64,000 nt of DNA from Paramecium tetraurelia (lineage: Eukaryota), in assembly GCA_000165425.1 (NCBI GenBank), contig CT868663.1, positions 248,001-312,000 of the forward strand. Direction: 5' to 3'. Below the pieces are notes generated by a model. That model saw nothing but the letters and a program-made list of their open reading frames with translations. It was not told the origin of the DNA and did no database searches. Positions 1 through 14,277 of the stretch are shown one piece after another. Position numbers and translations under genes: made by a program. Position 1 is the stretch's first letter, and each line of letters starts with the position of its first letter.

Positions 1-3000
1 TACATCCTTTTTTGTATGCATCACATTCGGCATCAGTAGTTAGAGTAACAGGAGCATCTGAACACTTAGCAGCAGTACAACTTGTTGGGGTTTCAGTTTA
101 GAGTGCTGTACCAACACATGGTCCATCTGAAGCTACGTATTAAGTACAAGAGATAAAGTTGCCCTTCAATTATGAACATGTCGTGATGACATCACATTTT
201 GATCCATTGTAATGACATTATAAACCATAAGCTTAGCATACTGATTCGGAATAAGCATCAACAGCCAATTTAGTGCAATCTTTCACTTTGCAAGATGTTG
301 TAGCAGTGGCAGTTGAATCATTTGTACATGATTTACCATTACCTACAGCTTTTTCGCAATCTGCTTAGACTCCTTAATAGGATGTACACTCAGCTGTGGA
401 CTCAATACAACCTGGTCTCTTTGTAACACATCCTTTCATGAAGGCAGCGCAATCAGTATCAGTAGTTGCAGTTGTGTTATGAGCACAAGTTCTATCAATG
501 CATGCTCCTTTAGTAGTTAAAGACAAACTCCAACATTGCTTATCATTACCAGTTAGTAATTTACATCCATCTTGATTTCCCCATTAGCCAGAACATGGAG
601 TGGTGCTTGGAATGCATCCTTTACCAGTTGTAATGCAACCATCTAAATATTTCTTACAATCAGCATCTGTGGTGGCTGTTCCATTGTCTTAGCATCTTCT
701 AGCAACACAAGTACCAGTGGTGGTAGATGTATTATTACCTTAGCATTTTGATCCCAACACTAGACCTGTAAGTAATTAGCAACTCTCTGTAGTTCCTGAC
801 ATTGATGTGCATGTTGTCGTTATATCAACACAACCATTTCCATCAGTCTTACAAGTTGGAAGCCATGCCTAACAAATAGCATCAGTTTTTCCATCTGGTT
901 TTTAAGAACATTATCTATCCAAACAATTAGCTGTACCAGCCGAACCATGCGACTAGCATAATCTATATTCCCAAACACCAGCAGGAGTTTTGTATTTACC
1001 TGTTAAAGTCAAGCATTCTTCTTGTGTACCCTAAACTAGAGTACATCCAGAAGTACTTGCATCAGCAGCATTTCCATTGACACAAGTAGGACCAGTAGAT
1101 GGCCTTGAGAATACACATAACTCATAATATGAGTTACATTATGAAAATGATGAGACAGTAACTCCAAGATGAGTATTTGCATTTGCACACGATCTTTCTA
1201 CACAGGTAGATCCACTATAGAAACACAATTAAGCAGCTGCAGTTCCTTGAAATGTAGATGTATAAACAACTTTTTTTGTATTGCAATCATTTTAAGCAGT
1301 ACCAGTACAGACATCATTTTCACAATTATTGGTTACAGTTGTACTTGATTTGCATTAACCACCTTGAGCAGTGATAATAGTAGAACATGAAGCAGTGTTT
1401 GATTTACCAAATGTAGCACAGGTAGATCCAGTAGAACAAACTGCAACGTCATTTACCTTACCAAAATGGCATGTAGGATGATAGTCTTAACAGTTTTTTT
1501 CAGTAGCGGGAGAAGTAACATTAGTGCATGTAGCTTCTTCACATGCAGAACCATTTGACATCCTTGCACAACTAGATTTATGATCTGTACAAGTCTTTTG
1601 ATCTGCTGGACTTGCAATCTAACTGCATGCTCTTTCAGTACAAGCATTAGGAGTAGCATCTGTCCAATAACACTTTACACCACTTGAATTGACTAGATCC
1701 TTACAAGCAGCCACTGAAGTTCCAGCATAAGTACTACAAAGTCCTATTGCAACACATGAATTATTAAAAAAGACACACTTATTTGGTAAGACTGCATCGC
1801 AACTAGCTTAATTAGCTGCGCCAGTGATACCAGAACATGTAACTTCGGCTGTACAGGCTTCTCTTTTAGCACATCCTTTTGATAAGGCAGCACAACCTGT
1901 TTAATTCAATCCTGTATAAGCATCACAATTCTAAGAACTTGGAACACATCCATTTCCTGTTGTCACACATCCCTTCAAGAACTTATCACATAACTCATCA
2001 GTTGTATAGGTGCCATCAGCATCACTACAAGCTTTGTCTGCACAAGTAGTTGCAGGACTTTTCCACCAACAAGGTTTTGTTTTATTACTCCCTGTAAACT
2101 TACCACAAATATCTGTGCTGGTTCCAGGATAAGCACTACAATTTGCACTAGCTGCAATACATCCAGTTCCTTTTGTTAAACAAGTTGCATGATATGATTT
2201 ACAGGCATCATCTGTTGTAGCATCAGTATTATCTGTACATACAGGATCAATGCATGCACTAGTATCAGTAGCACTATTAGTATTAGTGCATTTAATTGTA
2301 AATCCTTCACATGTAGCTTTAGTTCCAGAATAACTAGAACAAGAAGCATTTGATGCAACACAACCTGTTTTCTTAGTCAAGCAACCTTTCAAGAATGCAT
2401 CACATTGAGAATCTGTATTATATGTGTTAGGTGCTTGATCACAAGTTCTGGGCACGCAACTACCACCCACCCACCAGCAAGTATTAGAATTTTATAGAGT
2501 CACAGTCTTGCATAAAATTTCAGTTTTGAGATCAGTGCAATCCCCATTTGTTACACATTAGGGTTTCCATTAGCATGTTGATTTACCATCACATTGGCTG
2601 TTATTTAATAGACTACTACAGGCACCGGCATCAGTGCAACCTCCAGTTCCAGTAGCAATGCATCCAGTTTGATAAGTTGAGCAATCCTCGTTTGTTGTTA
2701 GAGTATTAGGAGCATCTGAACATTTCTTTGGGAAACAACTGCCACTGCTAGCTCCTCCTGCACACTTGCCATCAGTTCCTACGTATCCATCGCAACTCGT
2801 GGCATCTCCAGTATAAGAAGAACAAGTTGATAAAGTAGAGGTACAACCCTTGCCTGTTGTTTTGCAACCCGTTTGATATTCCTCACACTTTGCATCTGTG
2901 TTTAATGTATTATCTGCATCCTTGCAAACTTTGGCAGAGCAAGCAGCTTCAGCATCTGAGGCTCCCTTGCATTTACCATCAGATCCAAGATACCCGTCAC

Positions 3001-4012
3001 AAGTTGTTGAAGTGCCTTTATATGAAGAGCATGCTCCTCTTGAAGTGGTACATCCTTTACCAGTTGTCACACAACTGCTCTTATATTTACCACATTCATC
3101 ATCAGTTGTGTATGTCTCCGGAGCATCCTTGCATTCCACAACACTGCATGTTTTACCTTCAGCCACTCCTTTGCATTTACCATCTGATCCTTTCTTATTT
3201 GCGCATATTACGTCATCTCCTGTTTAAGTAGAACATGATCCTAAAGGCGACTTGACACATCCATAACCATTTGTAACACAACCAATCTAATACTTAGCAC
3301 AGGCTGTGTCTGTTGTATAGGTTATCTCTGCATCTGTACACGATTTCACAATACACTTGTCTTTTCCATCCACTCCTTTACAATAACCATCAGATCCCTT
3401 CAATCCTTCACATGTTTCAACATCTCCACTATAGGAAGAGCATAATCCTAAGGAACTGATACATCCCTTTCCAGTTGTTACGCAACCCTTGATAAAGTTA
3501 TTACATTGTGCATCTGTATTGAATGTTACATCAGCTTCAGTACATTTCTGTTCTCTACAAGATGTATCCCAAACACAAGTACCTGATCCTCCGCTGCTTC
3601 CCTTTCCTGTACAATCTTCTGCAGTTTTATAAGTTGTACAAGTTGCAGGGTCAACACAAAATGCTTGTCCATCTGAATTACATTATTTTGATATTGCTTG
3701 GCATTCAGCATCAGTGGCACCCTTATAAGCTGAACAACCAGCAAATATTTAACAAACAGAGTCTACATAAGCACAACCTTTGGTTTTTGCGCAAGCACTA
3801 GCATCAGTTATGAGTCCACAATATCCTTCAGCAGAAGTGCTTCCAGAATCTGTTTTAGAACAAAGAGAAGTTGTTGTAGACCAATTGCATCCTTATTTGG
3901 CCTTGCAATCAGCTTGAGAGAGAAGTTTCTCGCAATTACATTAATCAGAGACTGCAACATCTGATGTGGAAGCAGTCAAAAGTAAAATACCTAATGTTAT
4001 CAAAATCTTCAT
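1..4012 (-). CDS. Cysteine-rich Paramecium surface (immobilization) antigen-like protein, 3' end outside the window
   Basis: ATG at 4012 gives a signal peptide MKILITLGILLLTASTS, then one continuous frame (TAA/TAG=Gln) that joins track ORFs 2570-3166 and 1931-2470. Periodic ~70-aa Cys/Thr/Gly/Ser units such as CxDAPxTxxTDxxCxxYxxGCxTTGKGC...CSSYxG. Confidence 0.9.
1931..3540 (-). repeat. Degenerate tandem ~70-codon Cys-rich repeat units inside the surface antigen
   Basis: Recurring motifs CVTTGKGC / CSSYxGxxxxC / GSDGKC with similar nucleotide strings (for example catttaccatc at ~2970 and ~3174, about 204 nt apart). Confidence 0.8.
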
Positions 4013-5907
4013 TTGATTTAGATAAATAAATAATGAAAAAAGGGTGCAAACTATTCTCCTTATGAACCTTAGCTAGACTTAACCTTTTTTATGTAGAATT
4101 TGTTTCACTAGTATTTTATGCCACATCTACCTTATAGGCAGTGTGACTCAATACTTTTGGATAATTTAATATACAATTGGATATTTTATATTCAAGATGA
4201 AAGAAATGTACTTCTTTTGAGAGTAACTTATAGGTTAATGTTCAAGCAATAAGTGGGAATATTTCTACTTATCCAAAAAGTATTGTTTTAAGATTTCTAT
4301 AATGTACGAGGTTAAATTCTATTTCCATCAGTAATTTTAGCTCATTTTTAAGCTCTTAGATTATCATACTTCTCAGTTAACCCTACATGAAGATTTTTAG
4401 AATTAGAAATCAATGATTAAAATTCTTTATTTTTTATCTTGTTCTATTTAAAAACCTGATTTTGGACTAGACTTATTCTGATATGGTGTCTCTTTTATCT
4501 TGTTTGTAATAGAAGAACCTTGCAATCTGTTTATTAGAGTCAAATCAAAAATGAAATAATTTAAAATGATTGATAAGCTTTCCCCTTCAATAACATTCAC
4601 ATACAACCCAATATATTTAATGTATTAATTAGACACTAAATTACACAAGCGACAATCCTTGAAAGAAAATATAACTAATATAGAGGATATATTAATTCTA
4701 AATAATTCTTGATAACCATAATATAAAGTTTTATTGACTCATATAAGTAAATCTATTTTATTAGAAATTCAGAATCATTTTGATTATTGGAAAATAATAA
4801 GTGAAAGAGTACTATCATAAGGTGAGTTACTTTCTATAATATTTTAGATCTAAAGCATGTTATTCTTTGTTTAAAGTGGTTAATTTAATCTCCATCATGC
4901 CTTGAAAGAATAACAGTTAATATCAAGTGAATGCTTAACTCTATTTTCGAAATAGCTTAAATCAATCATTTTAAAAACGACTATATTTTTAGTTAAAGAA
5001 GCTAAATATAAATATTCATAATATTTCTCATTCTAAGATAATTATATACTCTCTTGATAAAAATACACTTAATAACAACCAAGCATAAGATTTTGCTCTT
5101 ATTTCATACATCCAAATAATTTTATTTAATCATAAATATTATTACATTATAATTCATTTTATACTATTAATTATAATTAAAGATTTATTTCAAGCAAATT
5201 TTAAAAATATCTCAATATATTTTATTTATAAAATGTATTAATTGAAAAATCCTATACTTTTAATTTAATAAGTATTATAATTTAAATTTTCCTTTTTTTT
5301 CATAAAATTTTCACTTAAATTTTATGAGATTATCAATTCTTGTTTTTTTACAGATATTTAACTTTAAACCTGCCGAATATTTAAACATAAAATTGATTGA
5401 TTAACCCCTAATTTATATTTTGGGTTCATTAGAAAAAAGTACATGTCTCATATATTGTGCAGATATCATGGTTAAGTCAAACAAACAGTAAAATCGAATC
5501 TCTTCATATCCTCTTTACGAGGAGGGAAAACTAAATCATAATAAAAAAACAAAAATAAAAAAAGGTTAAGTCAACTTAACTTGTTTTTTTAAACTTACTT
5601 CTTGAAGGCAAAGCCATATATTCTCATTGTCATTAATAGGTCTAGAACAGAGAATTATGATAGTCTCCTTTTGATAACAAAGAAAATGAGGGGAAAAAAG
5701 AAAATAAGATAAGCTTTTACTGAGACCAAGAATCGAGTTTAACAATAAGATTAATCCCAATTAATAAAGGATCTAAGGGGTAAAAGGAAGAGCAAGTTGC
5801 GAAAGGAGTAGCAAATACAATTTCTTTATAAATAGTATTAGCGAATATTTGAGAATAAATTATATAATTATAAAATATATATTCCAATATTAGATTTATA
5901 TAATTAT

Positions 5908-6453
5908 ATGAAGAATATGCAATTATCATACGATGAACTCTGCTAAAATAAATTGTTGGCCTTTACTATATTTTCTAAAGTAAAAGCCCCCTCGCCATTA
6001 ATTGAAGTAAATAAAAAGTTTAAATAAGTAAAGTGATACAGCTGAATTTAAATTGGCATTACAAGAGCATAGATCAAGAGCTTCAACCACTCTCTATTTG
6101 TCAGTGCTTTCTACTTTTACTTTTTGCTTACTATTGAAAATGAGAAATCCAATTTATGCATTGACAGCAAGGTATGAGTACATAGTAATAAAATAAGATC
6201 ATCATTCTTCGGAGTTATGAAAAAATACTACTTCGTTCCTGTTTTAATGTCACAACCATTCTAAAAACAGAATAGACAACTTTACGATGAGAAGGTGAAT
6301 AAGATCTTGAAAAAATATGATTTCACAGCTCCTGAATTTTAATAGGCCTTTAAATAAATCGAAGCTGATGGAGGATTAAAGAAATTCATGAAAAAGTACC
6401 TTACGGAGAAAGACGAAGAGCCATAGCAACCCGTTTAGCAAACATAATAATGA
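5908..6453 (+). CDS. Hypothetical small protein with one predicted TM helix
   Basis: MKNMQLSYDELCQNK...; two short GT-AG introns; hydrophobic TLYLSVLSTFTFCLLL; TGA at 6451-6453. Confidence 0.7.
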
Positions 6454-6536
6454 GAGAGATGTTCATTTATTTAATTTATGTAATTTCAGAGTAAATATAT
6501 ATATAATTTGAATTAAATAAATTATACTCATCGTTA

Positions 6537-9387
6537 ATGAAGAAAATTAGTTAATAGATGTTAACATTAATGACCAAAAATAACTTATAAGATAAACCTT
6601 TCACCAACGACCCAAAAAAAAATAAAAGTAAACCCAAGACTGTCAATACAGAAAGACCGTAATACAAAACTCAGAAGAATGATTTGCTTGACTATTTCAA
6701 GAAAGAGAGGAACACATTCACTTAAGTTGCAAGCTCTTCGAAGGCAATATTGCAGGGAAGCAAAAGCATTGATAATTTATAACAATTAAGTTAGAAGAGC
6801 GATCGTCTAAAAACTGGTTAATTCAATGTAACTATGACATATTACTCTTTATAGACTGATGCACGTATCTAAACCGATGATGGAAATAGTGCAAGAAGAT
6901 AAATCTTAAAATAAAAAAACTTATCATTGGCAACCATTTCATAAGATGCTTAAAATATTGATAAAATGTTGAAAAATTAGTTATCAAAGTAACCTCAGAC
7001 TACAAAGTAATCTTACAACCAATCTCCTCAAAATCAAATCAAATAGCCTGTTCATAAATAAAAGGATCAATTACTATTTGATTTGCATATTGTATTTTTC
7101 ATATAATATACCTAGCTAAAAAATAGTGTATGCACTAATGAGTGTTAGAACTATTTAAATTTAAAATAGAATAAATAATCTATTTAATCCAATCCTTAAT
7201 AAAATCATCGATAATCGATTGAGGATATGTTTTCTAGTTAAAAACTGTTAAAAGGATCCTTATAGGGATCCATATAGTTTTAATCATAAAAGCCTAAAAG
7301 AAATGAAAGCGAATCTAAATCAACCAATTAAAGCCATATAAAAACTGAATATTCCGCTGGGTCCAATTAATAATTCCTAAAATAAAAAAGCAAAGACGAA
7401 ACCGTTTAGTATGATCTTAACAAATACATACAAATAGTTCTTCATTATAAATAATAAAAGTAAGATATATTGTTAAATCATAGATACAATTACTTATACG
7501 AATACTAAAATTAAACTACCGATGACTTGTACAATTATTTAATATAATAAATTGCATGCATTGAAAGGTCGTTTACAAAACTTGGAAGTGGAACTGGCTC
7601 AACTGAAGTAGATTAAATATAATAAGGTATTATAACTAAAGATTTTTAGAACTAAATAAAATATGTTAATTTCAAACTGTATCCAAAAATATCCCCTATG
7701 ATTACTACTTGACAATCTAGAATTTAACTGTGGAAGTTTTCAAAGGAATAACATTGCAGGTTCAACCACTCTATTCATAACCAATTACAACAAAGAGAGT
7801 TGGATTGAAGGATTTTACTTTAGTCAAATGCATAGGAGTAGGGGGTTTTTCAAGAGTTTATATGGTAAGAAAGAGAGACAATGGAAAATTTTATGCTTTG
7901 AAACTTATTGATAAGAAGTTCATATTAGACAATCAAAAGGAGATTATCGTACAAAATGAAAGAGACATTATGGTTCAGATGGAGAACCAATTTGTTACTC
8001 CATTGCATTATGCATTCGAGACTAAATACTATATTGCATTTGTTCTTGATTATTGTGCTGGAGGTGAACTATTTTATCATCTAAGAAAATTGAAAAGATT
8101 GAATGAATAAGATGCTAAATTCTATTTTGTAGAAATTTGCATTGGCATGGCTTATCTACATTCCAAAAACATTGTGTATAGAGACATTAAACCAGAAAAC
8201 ATTCTTTTAGATTTGCAAGGCCATCTACTATTAAGTGATTTTGGTTTGTCAAAGCCTGATATGACAGCAGATGATTTTGCCTATTCGTTTTGTGGATCCC
8301 CAGAATACATGGCTCCTGAAATGTTGATGAAAACTGGTCATAACTATTTAGTTGATTGTTATTGTTTAGGAGCTTTGCTTTATGAATTAGTTACTGGATT
8401 ACCTCCATTTTATTCTCATAATACACAAGAAATATATAATTCAATTTTGACTGAAACTGTAGAATTTCCATAATATGTTCAAATATCGCCAGTTTTGAAA
8501 GAACTCATATTACAATTGCTTTAAAAAGATCCAACTGAAAGATTGGGTTATAATGGTGGAATTGTTGAAATTCTCACACATCAATGGTTTCATGATGTTG
8601 ACTTCGAGGCCATCGTCAATAAATAGTTAAAAACTCCTTATAAACCAGAACCTCTTAAATATAATTTTGATGAAGAAGAATTTAATAAAGGAGATGCTGA
8701 ATTTAGGAAGTAATATTAGGCAAACATGCAGAAGGAATTTCAAGTATTGAATTATATATATCTAGAATATTGATACAGCAAATTACGTATTAAAAAACTT
8801 TTATTATTCAAGAGAATCCCAGTTTGGACTTGCAAAAACTAAAAGAACAAATGAGGTTAATCTAAATCAACTCAAAACACAAGCAATCCCTGCTGAAGCA
8901 TAATCTCCAGGCAGAACTTAATAGATGTTATAACAATAAAAGGGAGAATTTAATTCTTATTAGTCAATTCTTGCCTCTCCTTAAGAGGGAAAAAGAATTA
9001 ATAGACAAACTGGAAAAAGCGAAGTTTATGATTATTTTAAGAAGCATGATTTGATGACAAAATCATCTTAACTACTGCAATAATCTACTAAATTAGGACA
9101 TTCCTATTCAAAAACAATGTAATAACAAAACTCTTTATAAGATTTAAAAGTAAATTGAAATTATTATTATTTAGTAATTCAAATTATTTGTTGATTAATC
9201 CAAAGCTTTAATTTGTTCAGATAGAACAACTACTATGCCAGATTAAAACCATAAAGTTATTACCGAGAGAATTAAAACAGAACAATTTGGAAATCTGCCG
9301 TCTCCTAAAACTACTAATAATAGTTCATTAAATAAGTTAAATCATTTTTCAAAACTGTTTTTATCCGAGAAATAAAAATAAAAATGA
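6537..9387 (+). CDS. AGC-group Ser/Thr protein kinase (S6K/SGK/PKB-like) with long N- and C-terminal extensions
   Basis: Motifs GVGGFSRVY, ALK, YRDIKPENILLD, DFGLSK, SFCGSPEYMAPE and an AGC C-terminal NFDEEEF; several tiny introns; an in-frame TAA (Gln) links track ORFs 7805 and 8147. Confidence 0.93.
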
Positions 9388-9767
9388 TGAATTACCTTAA
9401 TTTAATATTATAACAATATTAATTAAATAAGCTTATATATAATATATGCTTGATATTAAACTCTATATGCTACTTAGTTTATTTATAAATTTAAGAAAAA
9501 ATGTAATTAATATCTTTATTTATTTAATTTATTAATTACTTAAACCTATGATATTTCTACTTTTAATTTTGCAGACTCTATAAAGGGTAGAACTCAACAA
9601 TTTGAAATGAATATTATTAAATATATAATCTATTACTTTAGTTTTCTTCAACTTTTCTAAATAAATTATAATAATAATATCTTTGGTAAAATAAACGTAA
9701 TTATGTGTTTAAAATATTTAAATTTATTGTAAATCTTAAATTGAAAATAAATATCAAGTTTATAATA

Positions 9768-10828
9768 TCATTTTAGTAGTAGAAATGATATGATATATAA
9801 AATTAATAAAACAATGATCCCAGAAACTATTAATTTAACAATTTTATCGTTTTATTCAGGAAGGGCCACTTATTCTTATTTTAAAGGAATAAAATCCTTA
9901 AAATCATTTTTATCTGGAGAATAGTTCTTCTATTCTAAATTAGGTTTCCTCTATTTAATATCATCAAATTAAAAATGGAGTGGTGTATTATTATCTTTGA
10001 ATTCTTACTCATCCTTACTATTTTGATTTTAGTCTCTAAATTAGTTTGATTAGTTCTACTGAATACTATTGGATGGCCAGTGAGTTACGGGTTATTCAAT
10101 TTAAGTATTTTTTTATGTTGTATTATATTTAGAGATTATTTTTTCTACTTCTGGGTCCGGCTAATAAGGTTAGAAGGTGCTTAGAGTTGATTACTTTAAT
10201 TGTTAAGAATTTTGCATATATCGAAAATTTGATGATTATGAAGGTTATATTTATGACTATGCTTAATAAATTTAATTAATGCGTGGTGGATGTATTGTGG
10301 CATGTTATTTATATTGGACAGTTGGCATCGTCTGAAATGGTGAATATTAATGAACAGGGGCGTTTTAGTGATAGTACATTATATCGTTATAAATTTAATA
10401 TAATTATTATGAATAATGCGCAACTTAAAAGCGCTAATAAGATAACATCTTTTCTTTTCATTAATATAAAATTATAACTCTATTCCTTTCAATATTACAT
10501 AAGAATTGCTATACTGCTATACAGGATGGATTTTCCTTATATTTACTATATTCAATAATCTTTAATGATGAATTTTTCAATAGTATATTCTCTAGGAAAA
10601 TGTTCCTATTACTAAATAAAGGTTATTATGTTTAATTTAACTGGGATTTCCAAAATATTCTTCATTTTTTTTCATGAATTCACTTTATAATTATGAAAAT
10701 GGCATCTTTTAAGTCCTCTCTTTTGGAATTGCGTCTTAAAATTTTCATTTGTCTTTACTATTGTTGTAAATTATAGATATTTTACAAAGACAATTCAATT
10801 AAGAAACCATAAATGTAATATTTTTCAT
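9768..10828 (-). CDS. Hypothetical Q/N/S-rich protein with a C-terminal TM anchor (5' exons uncertain)
   Basis: The 3' exon ends KIVKLIVSGIIVLLILYIISFLLLK-TGA (9768-9770). Start and introns were not resolved. Confidence 0.5.
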
Positions 10829-11269
10829 TCTTTCATTATTTAATAAGAACTTACATTTTTAGAAAAAGATAAAGTCTTTGTTCCAATTAGCGGTCTTATT
10901 TCACATTTATAACATATGAAATTGACTTTAATTATTTAATTAAATCTAACATTAAAAGTCTATCTTATAAAAATAAAGATAATCTTAGAGAAAATTCAGG
11001 TGATAATGAAATTAAATTTTAAATAAAAGTAATCTATGTCCAACAATTTTAACTTAATTGCTAAATAATTAATTAGAAATACATTTGAGTGCATATCAAT
11101 TCTATCTTTTGTAAATAATCAAATTACAATATTAAATTTAATAGTGTACTTTATTTGAATAGTACTCAAATTTAGATAAAATAATCAATATTTAATATAC
11201 TTAATATACATTCATAATAGTTTAGATCAATAACAATCTCATATAGAACTCAATATTTATTTACTAACC

Positions 11270-11527
11270 ATGAATATATTCAGAATAGCTAACATATCTA
11301 TAAAAAACAAGATTAGAATAATTAGAGACAAAAAAGAGTAAATTTTAATAAAATCTGACAATTTCAAATTCGATAGTTGTTTTAAGAGAGGAAAATAAGG
11401 TTTGTGTAATTAAAAAAATTTTTAATTTAAATAATCATTGAATATAGAAAAGTCATAAGATTTGTATAAACAAGTTAAGGATAGTTTGATTATTGTTGAA
11501 TAACTATATAGAAATGATTATTAATGA
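11270..11527 (+). CDS. Hypothetical 85-aa protein
   Basis: Intronless ATG-TGA ORF in the ciliate code; no recognisable motif. Confidence 0.4.
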
Positions 11528-11579
11528 ATGTTCGAAAAATAAATATTTTAAATAATTATTATCATTAAGCTTAGAGTTT

Positions 11580-12826
11580 TCATTACATAAGTGAGGATAA
11601 TTATAAAAATTTTTCATAAATTTGAAAAATGTAAGAATTTAATTGGAGAAAGGTTTAAGTATTTTTTTACATAATGTTGAAACAAACATATAATTTTGTA
11701 ACAGTTAGTGATAAAAAATTGACAATTTTTTCATAATTAATCACATCTTTATTTGAAACCTGCTGTTGTTAACTCTATCATATGAATTCATATTATTTTA
11801 AATAATATCTTTTTGGGATGAAGTTAATTTTGTTTTGGTTAAATGATTAATGGGGATAGAGGGATATATCTGATGAATTTTTGATTAATCAACAATTTTG
11901 TTTTTAATAAGTTTTCGTAAAAACATCAAAAGAATGCTATCAGATTATTATTTTTTCAATTCATCAGCATGTTTTTACTTGATAGATCCAATGATCTATA
12001 AAATTTTTTGTAAAGTGAATTTTTCGTCCATGAGATATTTGAGAAGCATTTTTATTTGATTTGGACAATTTAAGTCAGATTCTGCATCCTCTAATAGAAT
12101 CTACTGTATTGTTTGTAACCTTGAAAGTCCTTCGGTTGAACTCATTTTTCCAGTAAAAAATACATAATATTTCTTTATAGATTTAATTGTGACTAACATT
12201 AATTCTTCTTTATATGTTTCTTAATCTTTCATTATTTTGCTGATAATTTCGTGAAGATTATGACAATAATCTAATATAAAAACTTAATTGGTAGAGATGG
12301 AATTTATACGAGTTGTTTCCAAAAATTTAAACATTCTGTCAGTTTATGAGCAACAATTAAATATCTTTAAATCGAAATTATTAACTAATTCTTGCTGCTT
12401 TACATATTTCAATTACTAAAATATTTTTTATTTCTTCAATTTATTTAAGTACACTTGATCATCATCTAAAGTATAAATAGTGAATTTTTTTTGTTTAAGA
12501 TAATATTGAAGTAGTTATTCATCATTTGAGTAAGGTATGAAAACTTATAAATGTTTCTCAATATTGTTAGATTTTTCAGCAATTATTTATAATAATTCTA
12601 AAGGAATATTTTCGGCAGATGAGTTGATCAAAATTTATTTTTCGGTATTTCTGGCTAGAGAATAATTTTCTTTACCATAAAGGGATAGTTCTGTTGCATC
12701 CATTTGTGGATTTTTCATATCTCCAGAAAGTTAGTATGGGCCTGAGCTAATACTATTATATGAAAAGTATTATTATGAAGTGGTATCAGATATAGATTAA
12801 TTCTCATGCCAATAACAGAAATCCAT
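11580..12826 (-). CDS. Hypothetical protein
   Basis: Long ciliate-code ORF from MDFCYWHENQSISD to ...LSSLMQ-TGA. The span is not a multiple of 3, so it probably has one intron. Confidence 0.6.
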
Positions 12827-13530
12827 ATTTCCTTAATTGTATTAAGCTTATGGAATAAAAATTATTGATAGAAAAATGTATTTAAAATGAGAGATTTGAA
12901 TTAAAATTAGGATAATTCATCCTCTTAGAAGCAATAAATAAAAATGATAGACAATATAATATCATAGTAGAGCAATCTAAATAATCTTTTTATTTTTCTG
13001 GAAATAATTTCGTTTTTTTGTTGGATAGTCAATTATGGAATAGAAATTAGCAATAAATTCTGGACAGCTAGTCATTAATATTAGTTCAAAAGTAAGAACT
13101 GGAATTTTCCAAACTTCTGTTTCATTAAAGATGTGGTTAAAAATACACTGAAAATATATATAATAATTATTTAATTGTGATTTCAAAGCTTGAATTATAA
13201 AATTTCAATTAGATGAAATCATTTTTATATTTCATATTTGGAAAGTAGATCTAAGATTATATTTTAATTTAGATATTGATTCATAAACTATATGAAAGTT
13301 AAAAGAAAACTTTTCATCCTTATATATATTTAATGACATTCATACATAATTAAGCAAGAAATCTAATTTATAAGGTAGATCAATGGGGAAAAGATGGAAA
13401 TCGATCATTATCAAACTATTTATATAATTCATTTGGATCTTTAGCTGATGCAATTATTGGAGTTATTATATAGAGTTTAATTTTAATATTGGCAGTAGAA
13501 TTTCGCGATGCAATATTTTATAAATGATAA

Positions 13531-14238
13531 TCATTTAGTAAATTTGGATTTAGCTATGCTAAGTTATTCTTACTACCTCCTTAATTCTTATATTTTGAGT
13601 TCCTGGCACCTTATGATTTCTTCCTCTAACTTTTTAGTTTTCTCTACTTCCTTTAAATATTCATTGTGTCTGTTCTGCAATTGCAATCCTCTTAAATAAC
13701 TTTAGGCTTTGAAATCTTTAACAGATTTGTTGATTTCTTTCACTGACGAATAGAATTATTCAGTCTACTCTATTTCTGTGTAAAGTTTTCTCTTTTCATC
13801 CTTTTTCACATCCTATTTGATTTGATGGTCCTGAACTCCGTTGTTCCAAGACATGTTTAATTCGATTTAACTATTCCTTTTGATTCTATTAAGAGAATAA
13901 TCAGGTGTGAGTTCATGCTATGATAATTACTTTTTCCTATCAACAAAATAGTTCTTGTCATTGGTTTCAAATCGTTTTTATTCGAACTTCAAAATATTTG
14001 CGTATCGCTATTTTTCAATTGTCCCTTGAGTCTTTTCGTTTTATAATTTTTAAGTTTAATTATAATATGAGTAATAACTACTATTTTATTTTGTATGTCC
14101 ATTTTATAAAGCCTTTGTTTAGGAGAGGTTATCTTGAAACACAGTCTGACTAACAAATGTGGGATTGATGTAATCAGGATTCTTTTTGCCTGAATTATAT
14201 GGAGACTATGATTTAGTTGGAGCAATTGGCTTATGCAT
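13531..14238 (-). CDS. Hypothetical coiled-coil protein (3' end uncertain)
   Basis: MHKPIAPTKSQSPY...; the 26-nt intron gttgatagg...atcatag restores the frame; E/K/Q-rich C-terminal half. Confidence 0.6.
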
Positions 14239-14277
14239 TTTTATTAAGTTCATATTCGTTATTATTTATTATTTAAT

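Noticed and set aside
4376..5410. ttaaccct / ttaacccct strings as telomere seeds
   Set aside because: Isolated single copies that do not match tandem Paramecium C3A3/C4A2 repeats.
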